Made by a program: the position numbers and the translations under genes. Positions 10,789-25,630 of a stretch of DNA of 64,000 nucleotides are shown here, piece after piece; position 1 is the first letter of the stretch, and each line of letters opens with the position of its first letter. The stretch is from Chrysomallon squamiferum (Eukaryota; Animalia; Mollusca). The notes beneath the pieces are model-generated. The model saw nothing but the letters and a program-made list of their open reading frames with translations, was not told where the DNA came from and made no database searches. The stretch covers positions 28,458,001 through 28,522,000 of the forward strand of contig CM022665.1 of the NCBI GenBank assembly GCA_012295275.1, read 5' to 3'.

Positions 10789-13700
10789 ATGCCTTGGATA
10801 TACAGTCTAATACCGGAATCGTGGAAAAAACGAGCATGTAGATATCTTCTTCAACGATACGTTGGTCATTTTCTGAAAGAAAAACTGTCATTAGATCAGC
10901 TGAGCGTTGATTTGTTCAGTGGCAAAGGTGTAATCAAAGAGCTAAATTTAGATGTTGAGGTAAGGGCTTATATTTTAAACAATGTATTTAATTTTCATAT
11001 ACGATTCCATAAATGTCTTGCTTATTATGGATATTTAACAAAATGCTTGTCTCATCTTTAATTAAAAGTATGCTAGTTGTAAATAAATACCTTTTCATTT
11101 TGTCATTATTATTTAATTAATTTTTAAAAATTTTAAAAATCAGATAATACAAATCTATAGTTAACTGAGAAAATGTTTTTCTTTAAATTTAAGTAAAATT
11201 TAAAAAAATATATGTATAACTGTTTAAAGTATAAACACACCTAGAAAATTATCCTGAATTTCTGACTTCAAAGACTTTGCTTAATAGTCAGACAGCTCTA
11301 CACACGAAATGCATAGTTGACAGTTAAAGGACTTAAAAGAAAAATATATTATATTAATTTATATTAAACAACTATTAATTTGCTGGTGACAATATTCACT
11401 TAAAATCACCAATCTGAGCATTGTGAAGTGCACGATAAACACACCTCCTTTCACACTGATTCAGTTAATTCTGGTTGTTTTTAAGTTACCTACATAGTTT
11501 ACATACACTAATAAAGGAACTGTTTCACAGGATATGATTAATTATTCACTTTTAAGAACTAAGCAATGTAATGTACTTAGTTTTAAAAATATTTTTAAGA
11601 AAAACTTCATGAATTCCAAAATAAACAATGCACACATATATGGAAACACACAGACACACATGCACACACAGACAGACAGACAGACACACACACACACACA
11701 CACACAGGGACACATGCTTCATTCTTATTATCATATTTGTTTAAAAAAAAGAAGTTAAAAAAAAGAGTTACTGTTGTTTTTGTTTGTTTGTTTCTTTTAA
11801 TACATAAATGTGTAATATTTGTTTCATTTTGAAATATTATTTTATTATTTTAGGCACTGAATAATGCTCTGGAAACTTTCAATATACCACTTGAGATAGT
11901 TGATGGCTTTATTGGGAACATTTCTGTTTCCATCCCTTGGTCATCTTTGTTAACACGTAGCACCTCCATAGAGGTGACAGGTCTCGAGCTCACCATACAG
12001 CCAAAACAATGGGATGATCAAGGTTTATAGATTTTAATCTATTCATTTTTCACACTGCACAGATTGCACATAGTACTGTTTTTCTAGGAATTACCTTTTC
12101 ACTAAGAAAATAATTAATTTTACAATTAAATTTTGAGCAGTTCAATAAATGTTTTTTTTTTCTTTTCTGGAAAGTTTTATTAAAAGGGTTTTATTTGTTG
12201 AAGAACAAAAATGGATTATTTTGTTATTATTAAAGTTTACCTTTGGTAGTATAGAGATAAAAAGGTAGGTATGTTCTGAAACTTTAAAACAAGTTTTTAT
12301 TTCTTTACAGTAGCCAGTTTTTGCTAATAATAAATATCAGTCATGAAAGTATGTGATGTGTGACATTTTGCCCTTTACCTCATATTTTATATAACAAATA
12401 TGAGAATTTTGATATCCTGAATAAAATAGCTAATCTTTGTTCTCTTTCTGATCAAAAGATAAAATAGTGGTGTATTTGTTTAAAATTGTGATTTTTAAAA
12501 CTATGTCTCTCTTTTAATATCAGTCAAAATCTCTTGTTACTAGCATTTGACAGTAAACATTTATGAGTAGACCCTTGAATTTATCTTATATATATATATG
12601 TTGTTTCATTTCCTTCCTTTACCACTGATAAATGTTAGTGAATTTCATTAACTTTTTAATGCCAGATTAATATTAAATTTGTTCAGATTTATTCATAGCC
12701 AAAAGTATGTGTAATATGCATGTTTATTTTTCAGGAGCAGCTCTGGATACATTGTCAATGATAAACAGTATGAGTATGACCTGCAGTCTACAGCTGGCAG
12801 AAGAAGTGATCCGATCAGAAAAAACAACTGACGGAGGCACAAATGATGTAGACCCATTTGAAGGAGTTCAGAGTTTTGCACAGGCTATTGATACTGGTAA
12901 AAACATGTTTGTCTGATAATGAATATGTTACATTTTGTCCCATTAGTTAATATTTTCTTTGTAATGACTGAAAAGTGCTAATATTAAAAAGAAACTGAAT
13001 TGATTTGATTTCATCCATTTCTTTTATTATTATTTTTAAATATTTTATTAACAAAGGGTATTAATGTACTTTCATCAAATGCGTTTTTATATTTACATTA
13101 TTAATTTGATCATTTTACTTCACATTTAGTGTGTATTTGTGTGTTTATTAATATTGTCCTTTTTTATTAGTAGTATTTTTTGATATCATTACATATCTAC
13201 TATATTTCGCATATTAAAAGCTGTGATGATATCATTTTTAGAATATCTATACACTTTGTCTAACATTTTTTCTTTTTAATTTATAAACTTTTTAATTTAT
13301 TTATTTATTTATTTTTAATTATAGTTCTTTCTCGAATAAAAATGTCATTTTCTGGCACGACAATAAGACTGGAACATCTGCCCAGTGATTCTGACAAAGG
13401 TGTTGCTCTTGAGATCAGAATTGACAGGTTAGAAAATTTGTTTTCTCAAAGTTTGGTTAACCTACAGATGTAATATTGTTTACTGAATATTAATAATGAA
13501 TATTAATGTTTTTATAATTTTTTATTTATCTCTTTCTGTTCATATTTTATATATATATAAACTTTCAAGTGCTAACAACCCTATTTGCACCTTTTGTGGA
13601 TCCGCTGACTGTGCTATTAAGAAACTGTGACAGTTGATTATAACAGATACACATATTTACATATAAGTATATATATATAACATAAAGTATCCACTACGAA

Positions 13701-16700
13701 CACAAAACAAAACACAACATTTCTATTTCAAAGATAATTATTTATTGGACACATGTTAAGTTATTTAGTGGTTGAGGATGTCAGAGTTGGCATTAAATGA
13801 AATACTAGAAGTCCTATTTCTTTAATTTTCCTTAATAGCTTATGTTAGAAATGTACATAAATCAAACTCTCTATGGAACATACACAGGTTACATAAAATT
13901 GACCAACATTTGAAACAGAGCATACAGAAACAGGATAACCATCTGTCCCTGCTTCAGACTTAAACAAAGATAATGCAAAATACAGTTACCAGCACATTCT
14001 AGCCTAACAAGGGCCGCCAACTCTTTCACAGTCCCATGTGTTCCCTCAGTGGGTCTTTTCTTCTTTTTTCAAAACCAACAGGTTTCAACTTAAATAACCA
14101 TTATGTGGACTTCAATGACAGCAGCAGAACATTGCCAACAAAAATTCCTTTTGTCTCTTGTTAATTACTATTAACTGTTATGTGATTTCAGTAATGGGAT
14201 TATTGCTAACTAACAGTGCATATTTAGATAATACATACTGTTAGAAATATTTACAAAAATGGATAGGTAACATATTTACTTACTTTAATGATACATACAG
14301 ATTAATTCCGAGATGTAGACTGTATTAAATAAGCTATATATTATATAGGTTTATAATCAACATGTTACTGACATTTTCATAAGCTGTACCTTAATAGCAC
14401 AACAATATAATTTATTATAATAAGTAAAAAAATAGCTACAGTGAATTCTACAAGTAGGTACAACCTAAATCGCAATCCATGGTTTAATAAGGAAATTATT
14501 TTCCAACTTAAACAAACACCCCAAACAGTACAACTAAGTATCACTGTGAAAACGTTCCATAGTCTGATCAAGGCCCTACAGCATGATATAAAAACGGTTT
14601 ATTGCCATAATAAATACATATTCTTTTAATTAGTACAGTTATTGGCAATAAATTACTTTTTTGTTTAAAAGAATGGACTACTTTGATGACATAGCCATAG
14701 ACCAAGGTAATGAAGAACAGTCCAGTGAACAAGGCAGTCCAGTTGATGACCCCAATCTGGGACATCTTAATGAACCTGTAGCTTTTGTTCATAAAAATAT
14801 CCATGTGGTTGGCATCACCTTCTACTTTGATAATGTGTTTGGCAGTGGTTCAGGTTCACCACCTTTTGCTTCTGAATACAAGGTTAGGACAAACAACAGC
14901 TTTCTTGTATATAAAAAAAAAAAAAAAAACAAGTATTAGTTTACCTGCAAAACTCTTGCATTTAAAAAGATAAGTATTTGATAACTGCAAGATTCTTGAT
15001 GTTTTAAAAAGTTAATATTTGTTCACCTGCAAATTTCTTGTAAACACCTGCAAACACTTTTGTTTAAAAAAAATAATATTTAACTGCAGAAGTCATTTTG
15101 TCTTAATATTAAAGATTGTTGTCTGTTGACTAATTTCAAATTATAAAAAGTGACCATGAAAACCGCATCACTATTTCATGTTTCTTTGTCTTAGGTTTAA
15201 GAATGCATTTATTATATATGCTGCAATTAGAATGGATGTTATTATACTTAATATTAAGAAATTTGATAGTCACCCACCCTCTAAACTGAAATTCAGATCA
15301 GATAAAATCATGAAACATTTATTTTATAAACTGTAGATTAATGAATCAACTGTCAGCTCCCTGTACACAAGTTCTTCAGAGATACCACTGCAGACATCAC
15401 AAGTAACTTCACAGCCTAAATCTCTAGGATCTCTGCCAATGAACTCTCAGCCAGTTCAGATAGCTGTCTTTACAGGGAAACAGGAGCTGAAAGTCAAACT
15501 GAAGCAACAAGATGCACTACCAGGACCAAAGGTTGGTAAAAAAAAAAAACATTTCTGATAATATTTTAGGATATTTAACACTTCACAGCTAATGTGTACC
15601 TATATAAACAAATAGCTTAAATGTACATATATTCTTTTTGTTTTTTTCATGTGGTTTGCATACAGTTTTTCTGTTATTAAATATGAGTGTGAGGGTGTGA
15701 AGAAGTTGATATTTGATGTTTTACTGAGATGTAATAAATACTTACAAAAATATCTAACAGATAATTAGGTGTAACAAAAGGTTCTGTTTTAGCATAATAT
15801 CCTCACTTTTTTCTTCTTTTTTTTTTGTCCACAGCTTTATCTCTTTCTGTCACTTATACAACATGTTTAACATGGCTTTGCTCTGCACAGTGCATGTATA
15901 TTAATGCAGAATAAAATGCATAAGGCCCATGATAAATCTTGGCTAATGCACTTTCAAATTTCTCACATTAAAGCAACTAATCAAATTATGTAACATGCAT
16001 GGCAGCAGGATTGCCAATTAGCACTCTGTCACAGTTAAAGACCTTAATAAAATGTTTTGTAATTTTGAGTTGCTTAAACAAATAATGGATATGGATACAC
16101 TCTTGTTTGGTGCAATTTAGAGAAACAGACTGCATGTAACAAAAGAATATATGAAGAGAAAAAAGCTGTATCTATTCAAAATACTCTTGATACATTTTTA
16201 TTTATAAATTTATAAGCACTATTTAAACTACAACTTTGTATTTAATAAACATTCAAGTATTTTCCATTTTCATTTGAATGAGAATCAAATAACATTTTTA
16301 CCATTAATTATTATATTTGAATTTTTTTCATCATTTTGATACAGAAACTAACATCAGTGGGTTAATTAATCATGTTAACCATTGCATTCTGAAAAATAAA
16401 AAAAATAAAACCATCCCTACTAATTTTCAAGATAATAGTAATTTGCAGTATAGTCTAATCTATGCATATTTTGATATCCATTGTTTAATTATCCTCAACT
16501 GTTACAGTTATTTCTATAATTATTACTTTTCAGCTTGAACTGGACTGCCAGTTTGGAGCATTTCATCTCTTGCTTTCTCCAAGTCAGTTTCATGGCATTC
16601 TTGAGTTGGCTGGAGGTTTGGCATCTCCAGGTACTTGAACCTTTAATTAACTGTTCAGAAATAAGATATGAAAATTAAGTGCAATTCATTAAATGCTTTT

Positions 16701-18183
16701 CATTTTTACAAGTTCATTAGGTACACAAATGATTTTAGTTATATGTATTAAGTATTATATTCAGTGGCCTATTGCATTTATTTAAAAGATAAAAATGAAG
16801 AATTACTAAAATAGAAACAAAACTGATTCAAGTTGTCAGAAGAATAAGGTTTGCAAAGAACTAGTACTCAGCTAATCATAAAGCACACCTTTTCAAATTC
16901 ATTCATCAAAGTAGAATATATAAATAATACTCTTCAGTCAGATGGAGTGAAGCTATTATAATACTAAAATTTTTAGGGACCTCTAATAATGGTAAGTATA
17001 AGAAGAGAACAACCAAAGACAAGCCAATGAAAGAAAGTGACTTCCACCGTGTGGAACATGAGTTGCAGTGCCACCTGCAGTCAACTCGTCTTGGACAAAA
17101 AGCTTCTTTGCATCCAGCAGTTCTGAAAGATGAGTGTGATTTGCATTCTATTGGTATGTTTAAACACCCCATATGTATTTTTTTAAATATTGTTCCAAAT
17201 TACTGTTTTGTTTTACATTTTACAAATCTTTGTTAAATATTAATCATGGATAATAATAAAATAATTTGCTGATAATAAACCAAGTCAATAAAATAAATTT
17301 GTATTGATAAATAAAGGTAATGAGAAGGTTTATGTAACCTTCACTGCTAACTGATTCAAATAGTTGTTGGGATGGTAGCATATTGGAATGCAAAAAACTC
17401 AGATCTTTGAATTTAATAATGATTCAACCACCATGTATGTTGATGTAGTTAAGCTTTATTTAATTGTGACAGAGGAACTACAAGACGAGGAACTGTATCT
17501 GCCAACTCAGAGCCACAAAGACAAGATCACTTCTGAAATGGAAACCTCAGTGTCCAGCAACTTCAGTGGTAGTACCACCCACACTGGAAGCACTTTTACA
17601 CGTGAGTGAACGATTATAGAAAATACTGGCAAAAATAAAGTATTTTTATATTGTATCAACTAATATTTATTACCGAAAAAATTAATAAAAACATTCTAAT
17701 CATATGTCTGCTATGCATGATCTGAAATGGGAAAATAGTTGAAAAACTTTACTTTGAATAAAGCCTCAATAATTTTCAGTATGTAAGTTAGAAGTTTATT
17801 TAAAATTTTGTATAATTCTCTGTTCTTCTGTTTTAGATGTTTACTTAATACCTTCCTTATAAATAAATTCCCTGAATATTTAAGGGACACAGTTGATTTG
17901 TTACTGTGACTCTAAGTTAAATATGACAGATACAGTTTTATGCAAATATCTGTAAATGTTAAAGAGTTCCTGCAAGAATTCTGTGACACCTTTTTTAAAT
18001 ACTATGTTATTTGCTTTCATGTCCAAGGAATAAACAAAATATCCAAACCATTAATTTATAACCCTGATTTATGCATTACTAAAATGCCCTATATGTGAAA
18101 AATAATAACTTCAGTATATTTAACATTATAATATCATGTTCAAGTTAACTTTTTAAAGCAATATTTAATTTTTTAAATTACAG

Positions 18184-18218
<35 letters not shown>

Positions 18219-21200
18219 GTTTTTCATATTTAAAATGTTTATTAATTTTGTGAGAATTTTTATTTCAGCCTATCAGAGAAGTGAAGTGACCGGATCATCT
18301 GTTCCCAGATACAGTTCACCAGTTCCTAAATCAAATGGTAAATCTGTTATTTCTTTCTCAATAAGATCACTGTAAGGTTCTATACTTTAAATTATAACTT
18401 ATCTATCAGTATACAGAAGTTATTTTATTTTATTTATTATTTTTGTAGAATGGGTCATTGACAGTTAATTCAACAGTTAAACATCTGCAATTAATTTTAT
18501 ATTTGATATCACACACAGAAGTTCTGTTACTAAGGGTAAACATATAAATAAATAAAACATTAAAATAAAGATCTCATTAATGAAGGGTGATAACTCTGAA
18601 AGACAATTTAATTTGTTCTTCCTTTCTTTTTCTTTTTTTTCTTTAAATTACTTCAAAATATTTTAGATATTTTTTTGTAAAGATTTATTTTAAACATGGA
18701 CGATAAAATATTTTAATTTTCTAATTTTTTCTGGTTCACTTCAAAACTGATTTTTGTTTATATTGGGCACAAAAATTCTTGTATATTTCTATTTTTATTT
18801 AGTTTTGTATCCTTTAATGTATGTGTGTTTGTGTGTGTGTGTGTGTGTGTGTTTCTTAACAATCTTTAATGACAGGACAGAGTTTGTAATCTAGTGACAG
18901 TGATATTTTTAAATGTCCTTTAATTGTTCATACACAGTTTTTGTTATCTGTATATCTTTCTTCAGCATTGTTTTAGGTGATTTTGTACAAAACTTTTTCC
19001 TTTATAATATTATGATTCCATTCTTTTATATCATAAGGTTTTTGTAAATTAGTTAATTTCAATTTGAATTGTTTTTTTTTTTTTTTTTTAAGTATTATTA
19101 TTATTTTAACATTTAGTTCTGTATTTCTTTTCTTTTATCATAGTTTTCAATTTAATTTTTATTTTTATTTAATTATTGTTTTTTAAAGATGCACTGCAAA
19201 AATTACTGGATGATCCATCAGCTGAATTGAGTCGACATCACATAAAAATAAGTTTTATATCAGTGAATGTTCTACATGAAAACCCCACCTCTACGCCTGG
19301 TGATCATTTTTGTCCTGATATCCCAGCATCAGAGAGACTGAAGAAAATGTCAGAATTATATTTTACTAAGGTCAAGGTCATCCCGTTTGCTGGTCTCATG
19401 TCATTAAAGCATTTACGAGATAAATTTTCTGAGGCTTTGCCTTATGACCATTTAGGGTAAGTCCTTTCATTGTTTTACATTTTCTTTCTTTTTTTTTTCT
19501 TTCTTTGTTGGAGTTCTTGTTTATTATAACTGTATTAAGTTTTTATATTTTGTTGTGAATTTACTATCTTTATTTTTGAAAAGAGATATTTTAAAGACTT
19601 ATATATTTTTACTTTTACCATGCTGTCTGTTAATCAGATGAATACACATTTCTTTTTTGTAATAACATATATTAACATATTTGAATACCTTAGTTATCAT
19701 TGCCAGATATAAGATTTTTGCATAATGTTGGTGACTTTAGCATAATGCTGCTGCTATAGCTTATTCTACTCCTGACATGTAGCAGGAAAAGCACATTTTA
19801 CACCTTTATATATCACTATAGTTTCATTGGTTTGAAGAGTAAATTGCTTGCAGGACACCTAGAACAATTTTTCCTGTGACCATTGACACTTCAAAGCCAC
19901 TGCAATACTGTATGTTGGATGCACGGTGTGCATAATCTTGAAAGGTCTCTGAATATTGAATGGCAACTTTTAAAATCCTGAAAAATGACATTGGGCCTTG
20001 AAAAAAACTTGGTTTTTATACATATGCTTTGAAAAAAATTAGATTTTACGAAAAAATACAACTCAGTTGTTTTGTAAACATTCACAAAATCTGAATTTAC
20101 CCATTTGTTTACATTCATTATCCATTAATTTCCATGTTTACCCACCTGTGCAGTAGCAGCCATGTGCACAAATGTAATCAGGCACATGTTGAAATAATTT
20201 ACATGCAGTCACAGATCACTACCAAACACGCCATTTGACAAATGCATTTACAACAAACAGTGGATGAAGGCATGTCATGGGTACTGTAAGTTAAACGTAG
20301 TTATTATGTGTTTGGTAAAGAAACAAACTGAAATTGGAATATTGGGAAAAAAACAAACTCTAAGAAGTCATTTGAATGGAAACACAAACACACAGTTCTG
20401 TAATGAAACAGTAATAAAATGTAAGAGATGTTTATTTGCATTCCCATCAAAGACCCAAAACTCTGTACCAGTTCTGCCTTAAAATGTGTTAGAAAAAGAA
20501 AATAATGTACTGAAACACAGACAGACAGAACTTTCCCAGACAAAAGTGCTGACGGGTTGGCCATTATGGCCAAGGCTGAAGACATTCTTATTCACATCAA
20601 TCATTCTTATTTGCATCAATCATGCTTATTCACATCAGTCATCCTTATTCACATCAATCATTCTTATTCACATCAGTCATCCTTATTCACATCAATCATC
20701 CTTATTCACATCAATCATTCTTATTCATATCAGTCATCCTTATTCACATCAATCATCCTTATTCACATCAGTCATCTTTATCTACATCAATCATCCTTAT
20801 TCACATCAATCATTCTTATTCATATCAGTCATCCTTATTCACATCAATCATCCTTATTCACATCAGTCATCTTTATCTACATCAATCATCCTTATTCACA
20901 TCAATCATCCTTATTCACATCAATCAACCCTTTTCATATCAGTCATTCTAACCCTGAAAAATAAGGCTTGGCAATGAAAACTGATGACTTGATCATTGCT
21001 AAGTTCCTTAAGCATTTAAAAAAAGCATTTATAAGTTGTTATTTTCACTGATGACATCTTGAAAACTGAGACATGGACCTTGAAAATCCTTGTTCAAACC
21101 ATTAGCTGTGAGGGATAATGTTATGTATATGAATTCATATTCTTATATATGCTTCATAAACCAGCCTTCATTGTATTATTAAGCAACATATTTTAGGGGG

Positions 21201-24071
21201 ATTTTTTTATTATTATTTATTTTTTTTTTTTTTTTTTTCAGGTGTCTAGGAAAACCATTGACTTTACAGATTGCTCAAAAAACCTCTAGAAATGGCCAGA
21301 GTCTTTCACTGGACATGACCATGGGTATGTTTGAAGTCACGGAGTGCCTTTTTGAGAGAAGAAACATCACCTCTTCCTTGCTGGAATTTGGTCATCCGGT
21401 AGATAATAAACTTCCCCAGTATTCTGAGGTAAGTAAGAATGCACACTGTAATTCAGGAAATTAACACAAACAGGATATCAGTGCCTGCTGAAAGACATTA
21501 ACTGATGGTAACAAATTTCATCATGTTACAGTGGGAACTTTTCAGATAATGTGATTTCCTGTGAACACCACATTCCATCTACACAGCTAAGTATGTGTTC
21601 AAACAGAGCAACTATAAAAATAAAGACAGCAAAACAATCAATTAAAATTACATTAACTTCAAAGATACTAACACAATTTATAAAAAAAAAAAATGAAAAT
21701 TGTTATTCTGGGGTAGATGACTCATGATAATCTGATGTCACATTTTTAGCTGGGGTAGCCAACTCATAATAATTTCCTGAGTTACAGTATTTAGTCAGTT
21801 TTATTTTAATTCCTTGTAATCTCAATCCCAAATAGGATTGCCCACATTAATTTCAAATACCACTTTATTAGGATACAGGCTTATTGGGCAACTGGGACAG
21901 ATGTACTGTTCATTATATAGAGGACTGATTCATTTACCAGATTTGTTTTATTTTAATCAGAAATAGGTCCTGTTTGTAGTGTCCACTCTTGTTTATTTTG
22001 TTTCAGCTGACCAGCAGTTTTTAAAAACAAAACTTGTTTTATTTTAAAAGGTATAATGTCATTTCTGAAATGCTGGATGTTCCCTTGGTAAGTGTATCAA
22101 AGACAAATACAGATTTAACTGATCTGGTGTAATCTCCAAGTTAATATAATGTTTTTTTTTAATCACCTATTCAAGTCTCAGTTTCCTGTAACACAGTAAA
22201 ATGTAAATTATTTGTTGAATCAGAAGTTATTTTTAGTAATGACTAAAGGTCTTTTTTTCTTTTCTTTTTTTAAACCCTTTGTAGATTTTATTGTATAAAA
22301 TGTGAACAAAACTAGAAATATATATATATGGATTTTTTATATGAGTAATTATGTATGTGTGTGTGTGTGTTTGTGAGTTGGTGCATGTATATTTGTGTTT
22401 GTGATTATAAGCCTATAAGGCAGACAAGAGTAGTTATACCATTAATATTCACACTACTTAGGAGATGTGAATTATATCCTGTAAGATTTTTTAATTTAAA
22501 AGTCTTTCTGTTTAATCTTGTCTCTTAATTTATATATGTGATTATTAAGGTCAGATTTATAATTTGTGGTTCAAGTTGCTGAGTTTGAAAACATTTAACA
22601 AATAAATATTATAATTAATACTGAAAAAAAAAAAAAAATAATAATAAATAAATGAGTAAATGCAGAATATCATTACATTTTTAAATGATAGAAAGATGTA
22701 TGTGAAAAATATTCTACCAGAATTGAATATTAAGATAAACAGATGAAACAAAACAAGACAAAATTTGATTATAATACATACTATTTATTCCCATAAGATA
22801 AAAAATACAGTAGTTAACAAAATAATAGTATGAACACTTGATATACATTAAAAAATATATAACAATTGAGCTAAAACTTTACCTTTTTTATTTCATTGTA
22901 CCAAATATTGGTTTAAAAGAAATAAAAAAACAGGTAATAATTTAGTCTGGTTATTCTTTTGTAACAGATATTATACAAACCAGTTTTACTGCTAAGCAGT
23001 AATATATATAAGAATGCCTTTTGTACATTTGTAAACATTTTACATACATTTTCTCACATAGCAGTGATGAAATAAACCCCATGTGATATGAAGTGCAGTG
23101 CAAGTTGAACTATGTGGAAAATATGTAGAAAAATAAATATGTATAATTAATGTTGAATCAATAATAATATAATTAAAAATTATTACTGCTTGTATTGATT
23201 TTGACATAAATTACACAGTTTTGCTTGCAAAATGTTAATTTGTTTAACTGTAAAATTAATATATCTATATTTACATTAGTTACAATAATGAAATATATGT
23301 AATTCATTATTTATTAGTTTGTTATGTACCTACATTGTAAACTAAAAGCACTCCATTTGATACAAGTAAATATTTATCTACATACAACATACATCTCTTT
23401 GGTATATTCTCTTATAATGTCTCATTCTTTTCAGGTAAAAATTACAAAGTACTGAGTTTTTATCTCAGTGCCAGATATAATTATATTTTTATGACATTCT
23501 TTATTATTACAATTCCCAAAAAAAATATTTTGAGTGTAGTATCTAATATAAAATTATAATTTTTTTATAATATGCTTTCTGCCATTATTATTATATAATT
23601 CTAATTATTAATATTATTTTATTATTATTATGCTTAGAAACAATAACAAAAGAAACAAAATGTTGTTTGCCTTTGAATTCATTCTTTGATAAATTAGGTT
23701 CAGATAAATAATACATTTAAAACTGATGATAATTTGATAGGTGTATATTAAACAAAAATAAATAATGAAATGATATTTTTTTCAGCTGAGCATTTAAATC
23801 AGTATATGTTTTTAAAATACATGATAATGTCAACTTTTTAATGGGTATGGCTTTAATATGGATGACTAGTTAAAAATAGAAAAATAGAAAGAAATTAAAA
23901 ATAATTTCTGATATGGTTCTTTCTATATTTGTTAATAAAATTATAAAATTATAAAAAAAAAAAAAAAAAAAAAATTTTAAATTGTCAAATAGTGTTGGTA
24001 ATATAAATATATATGTGTGTATTTTTTCATATATCTTTTTATTTTATTATTATTTTAATTGTTTATTGATT

Positions 24072-24141
<70 letters not shown>

Positions 24142-25339
24142 TTTTTTTTTTTTTTTTTATATATATATAACCATATAATGGCCAACTAATTTAATATCTT
24201 TGAATATTAACTTATGGCTACTTCTTTTTCTTTTTCATGTTTTTATATGTACTAAAATATGTGTTAATACATTTGAAAAGCTGTTGACAAATCAATATTG
24301 TCAGAATCACTATAAAAATCAATTTGAGATCACCAAATTCACAGATGACTGTGTTCAGTTTATACAGTTTAATAAATGACAAATTACAATAGTCTACTAC
24401 ATACTGATACATTCATATATACATATGTGTGTTTGTGTGTGTGAGTGTGGTTTGTATTAAAATATATTATTTTAAAAAAGCAAAAAAAAGAAAACTAGCT
24501 GCAGATAGTCAAAATAGTCTTAACCAGATACATTTTGTAGTAAAAAGTATATGAGTAATAGCAAGAAAAAAGCCATGATTATCACTTTTCTGTACCTAAT
24601 GGTGGTATTACAAACAGCCTAAAAACACTTTTCTAACATATTATTTGATTTATTTCTGCAGACCACTTTTGATAACAATGAAAAATAGGCTTTTCAGGAT
24701 TCATGAAATGTGGCCATTTGTTTTCTTTTATCATGATCTCGAACAAACATAAACAAATAAAATAATAAATTCACTGCAGGCTGAAAAATGCAGCAGATTT
24801 GCAGTTATTAGTCTGTAAAGTATATAATACACAATATATTTTAATCATTTGTACAGGCAACCAAAGGTAATTGGTACTCTTAATTAATTTTTATTTTATG
24901 TTTGCATATTTGTATTACTGCATATTCTGATTTCTTAAATGTATTTACTGGTATTCCTATTTGATTCAAAATATAAATGTTATTGTTTTTTATTTTATAA
25001 AGTAAGATATACACTACAGATATTTACAAATGACTATTTACCAAATTGAGATGAAAATTTTGTTTTATAATGAAAGTTTTCTTTAGGTTTTGATTTCATT
25101 TTACAAAGTTTTTTTTTTTTTTTTTTTTTTTTTTTTCTTGCCTGTGTACATATCTATATTTCCATGTTTTTTTAGATTTCTATTCTTTTTATAAACAAGC
25201 ATAACAGCTACCTTTAATACCTGTACTATAAACAAATATATTTAATTTTCACTTATTTACACAGTGAATTAATATTTACAATCAGTAAGTCTTATGATGC
25301 ATCCATCTTCAGATTCATTTGTGGTTTTTTCAGCTATTT

Positions 25340-25373
<34 letters not shown>

Positions 25374-25577
25374 GAAACTTTGATTTTAAAATATTACCAA
25401 TAAAAGCCAGTGATTCATATATGACATTATAATACAGTTTAGAATACACAGTCTGTTTATCTCTATAATAAAATGATCACACACAAACTGATTTAAGTTT
25501 GTCTTGCAGATGTTTGTGATGAAGTTGTTTTCTGCTACACTCCAAAGTTGAAATACTTATTACTAATGAAATGAAAC

Positions 25578-25630
<53 letters not shown>

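Noticed and set aside
13680-14200. Higher-complexity intronic block that might be an element or exon
   Set aside because: No recognisable protein motif, termini or in-phase splice sites found by eye.
20486-20977. Three overlapping 109-163 aa His/Ser/Ile-rich ORFs, and a superficially CRISPR-like regular repeat
   Set aside because: The ORFs arise from a stop-free 19-bp tandem unit. The units are contiguous with no unique spacers, and the context is a eukaryotic intron.
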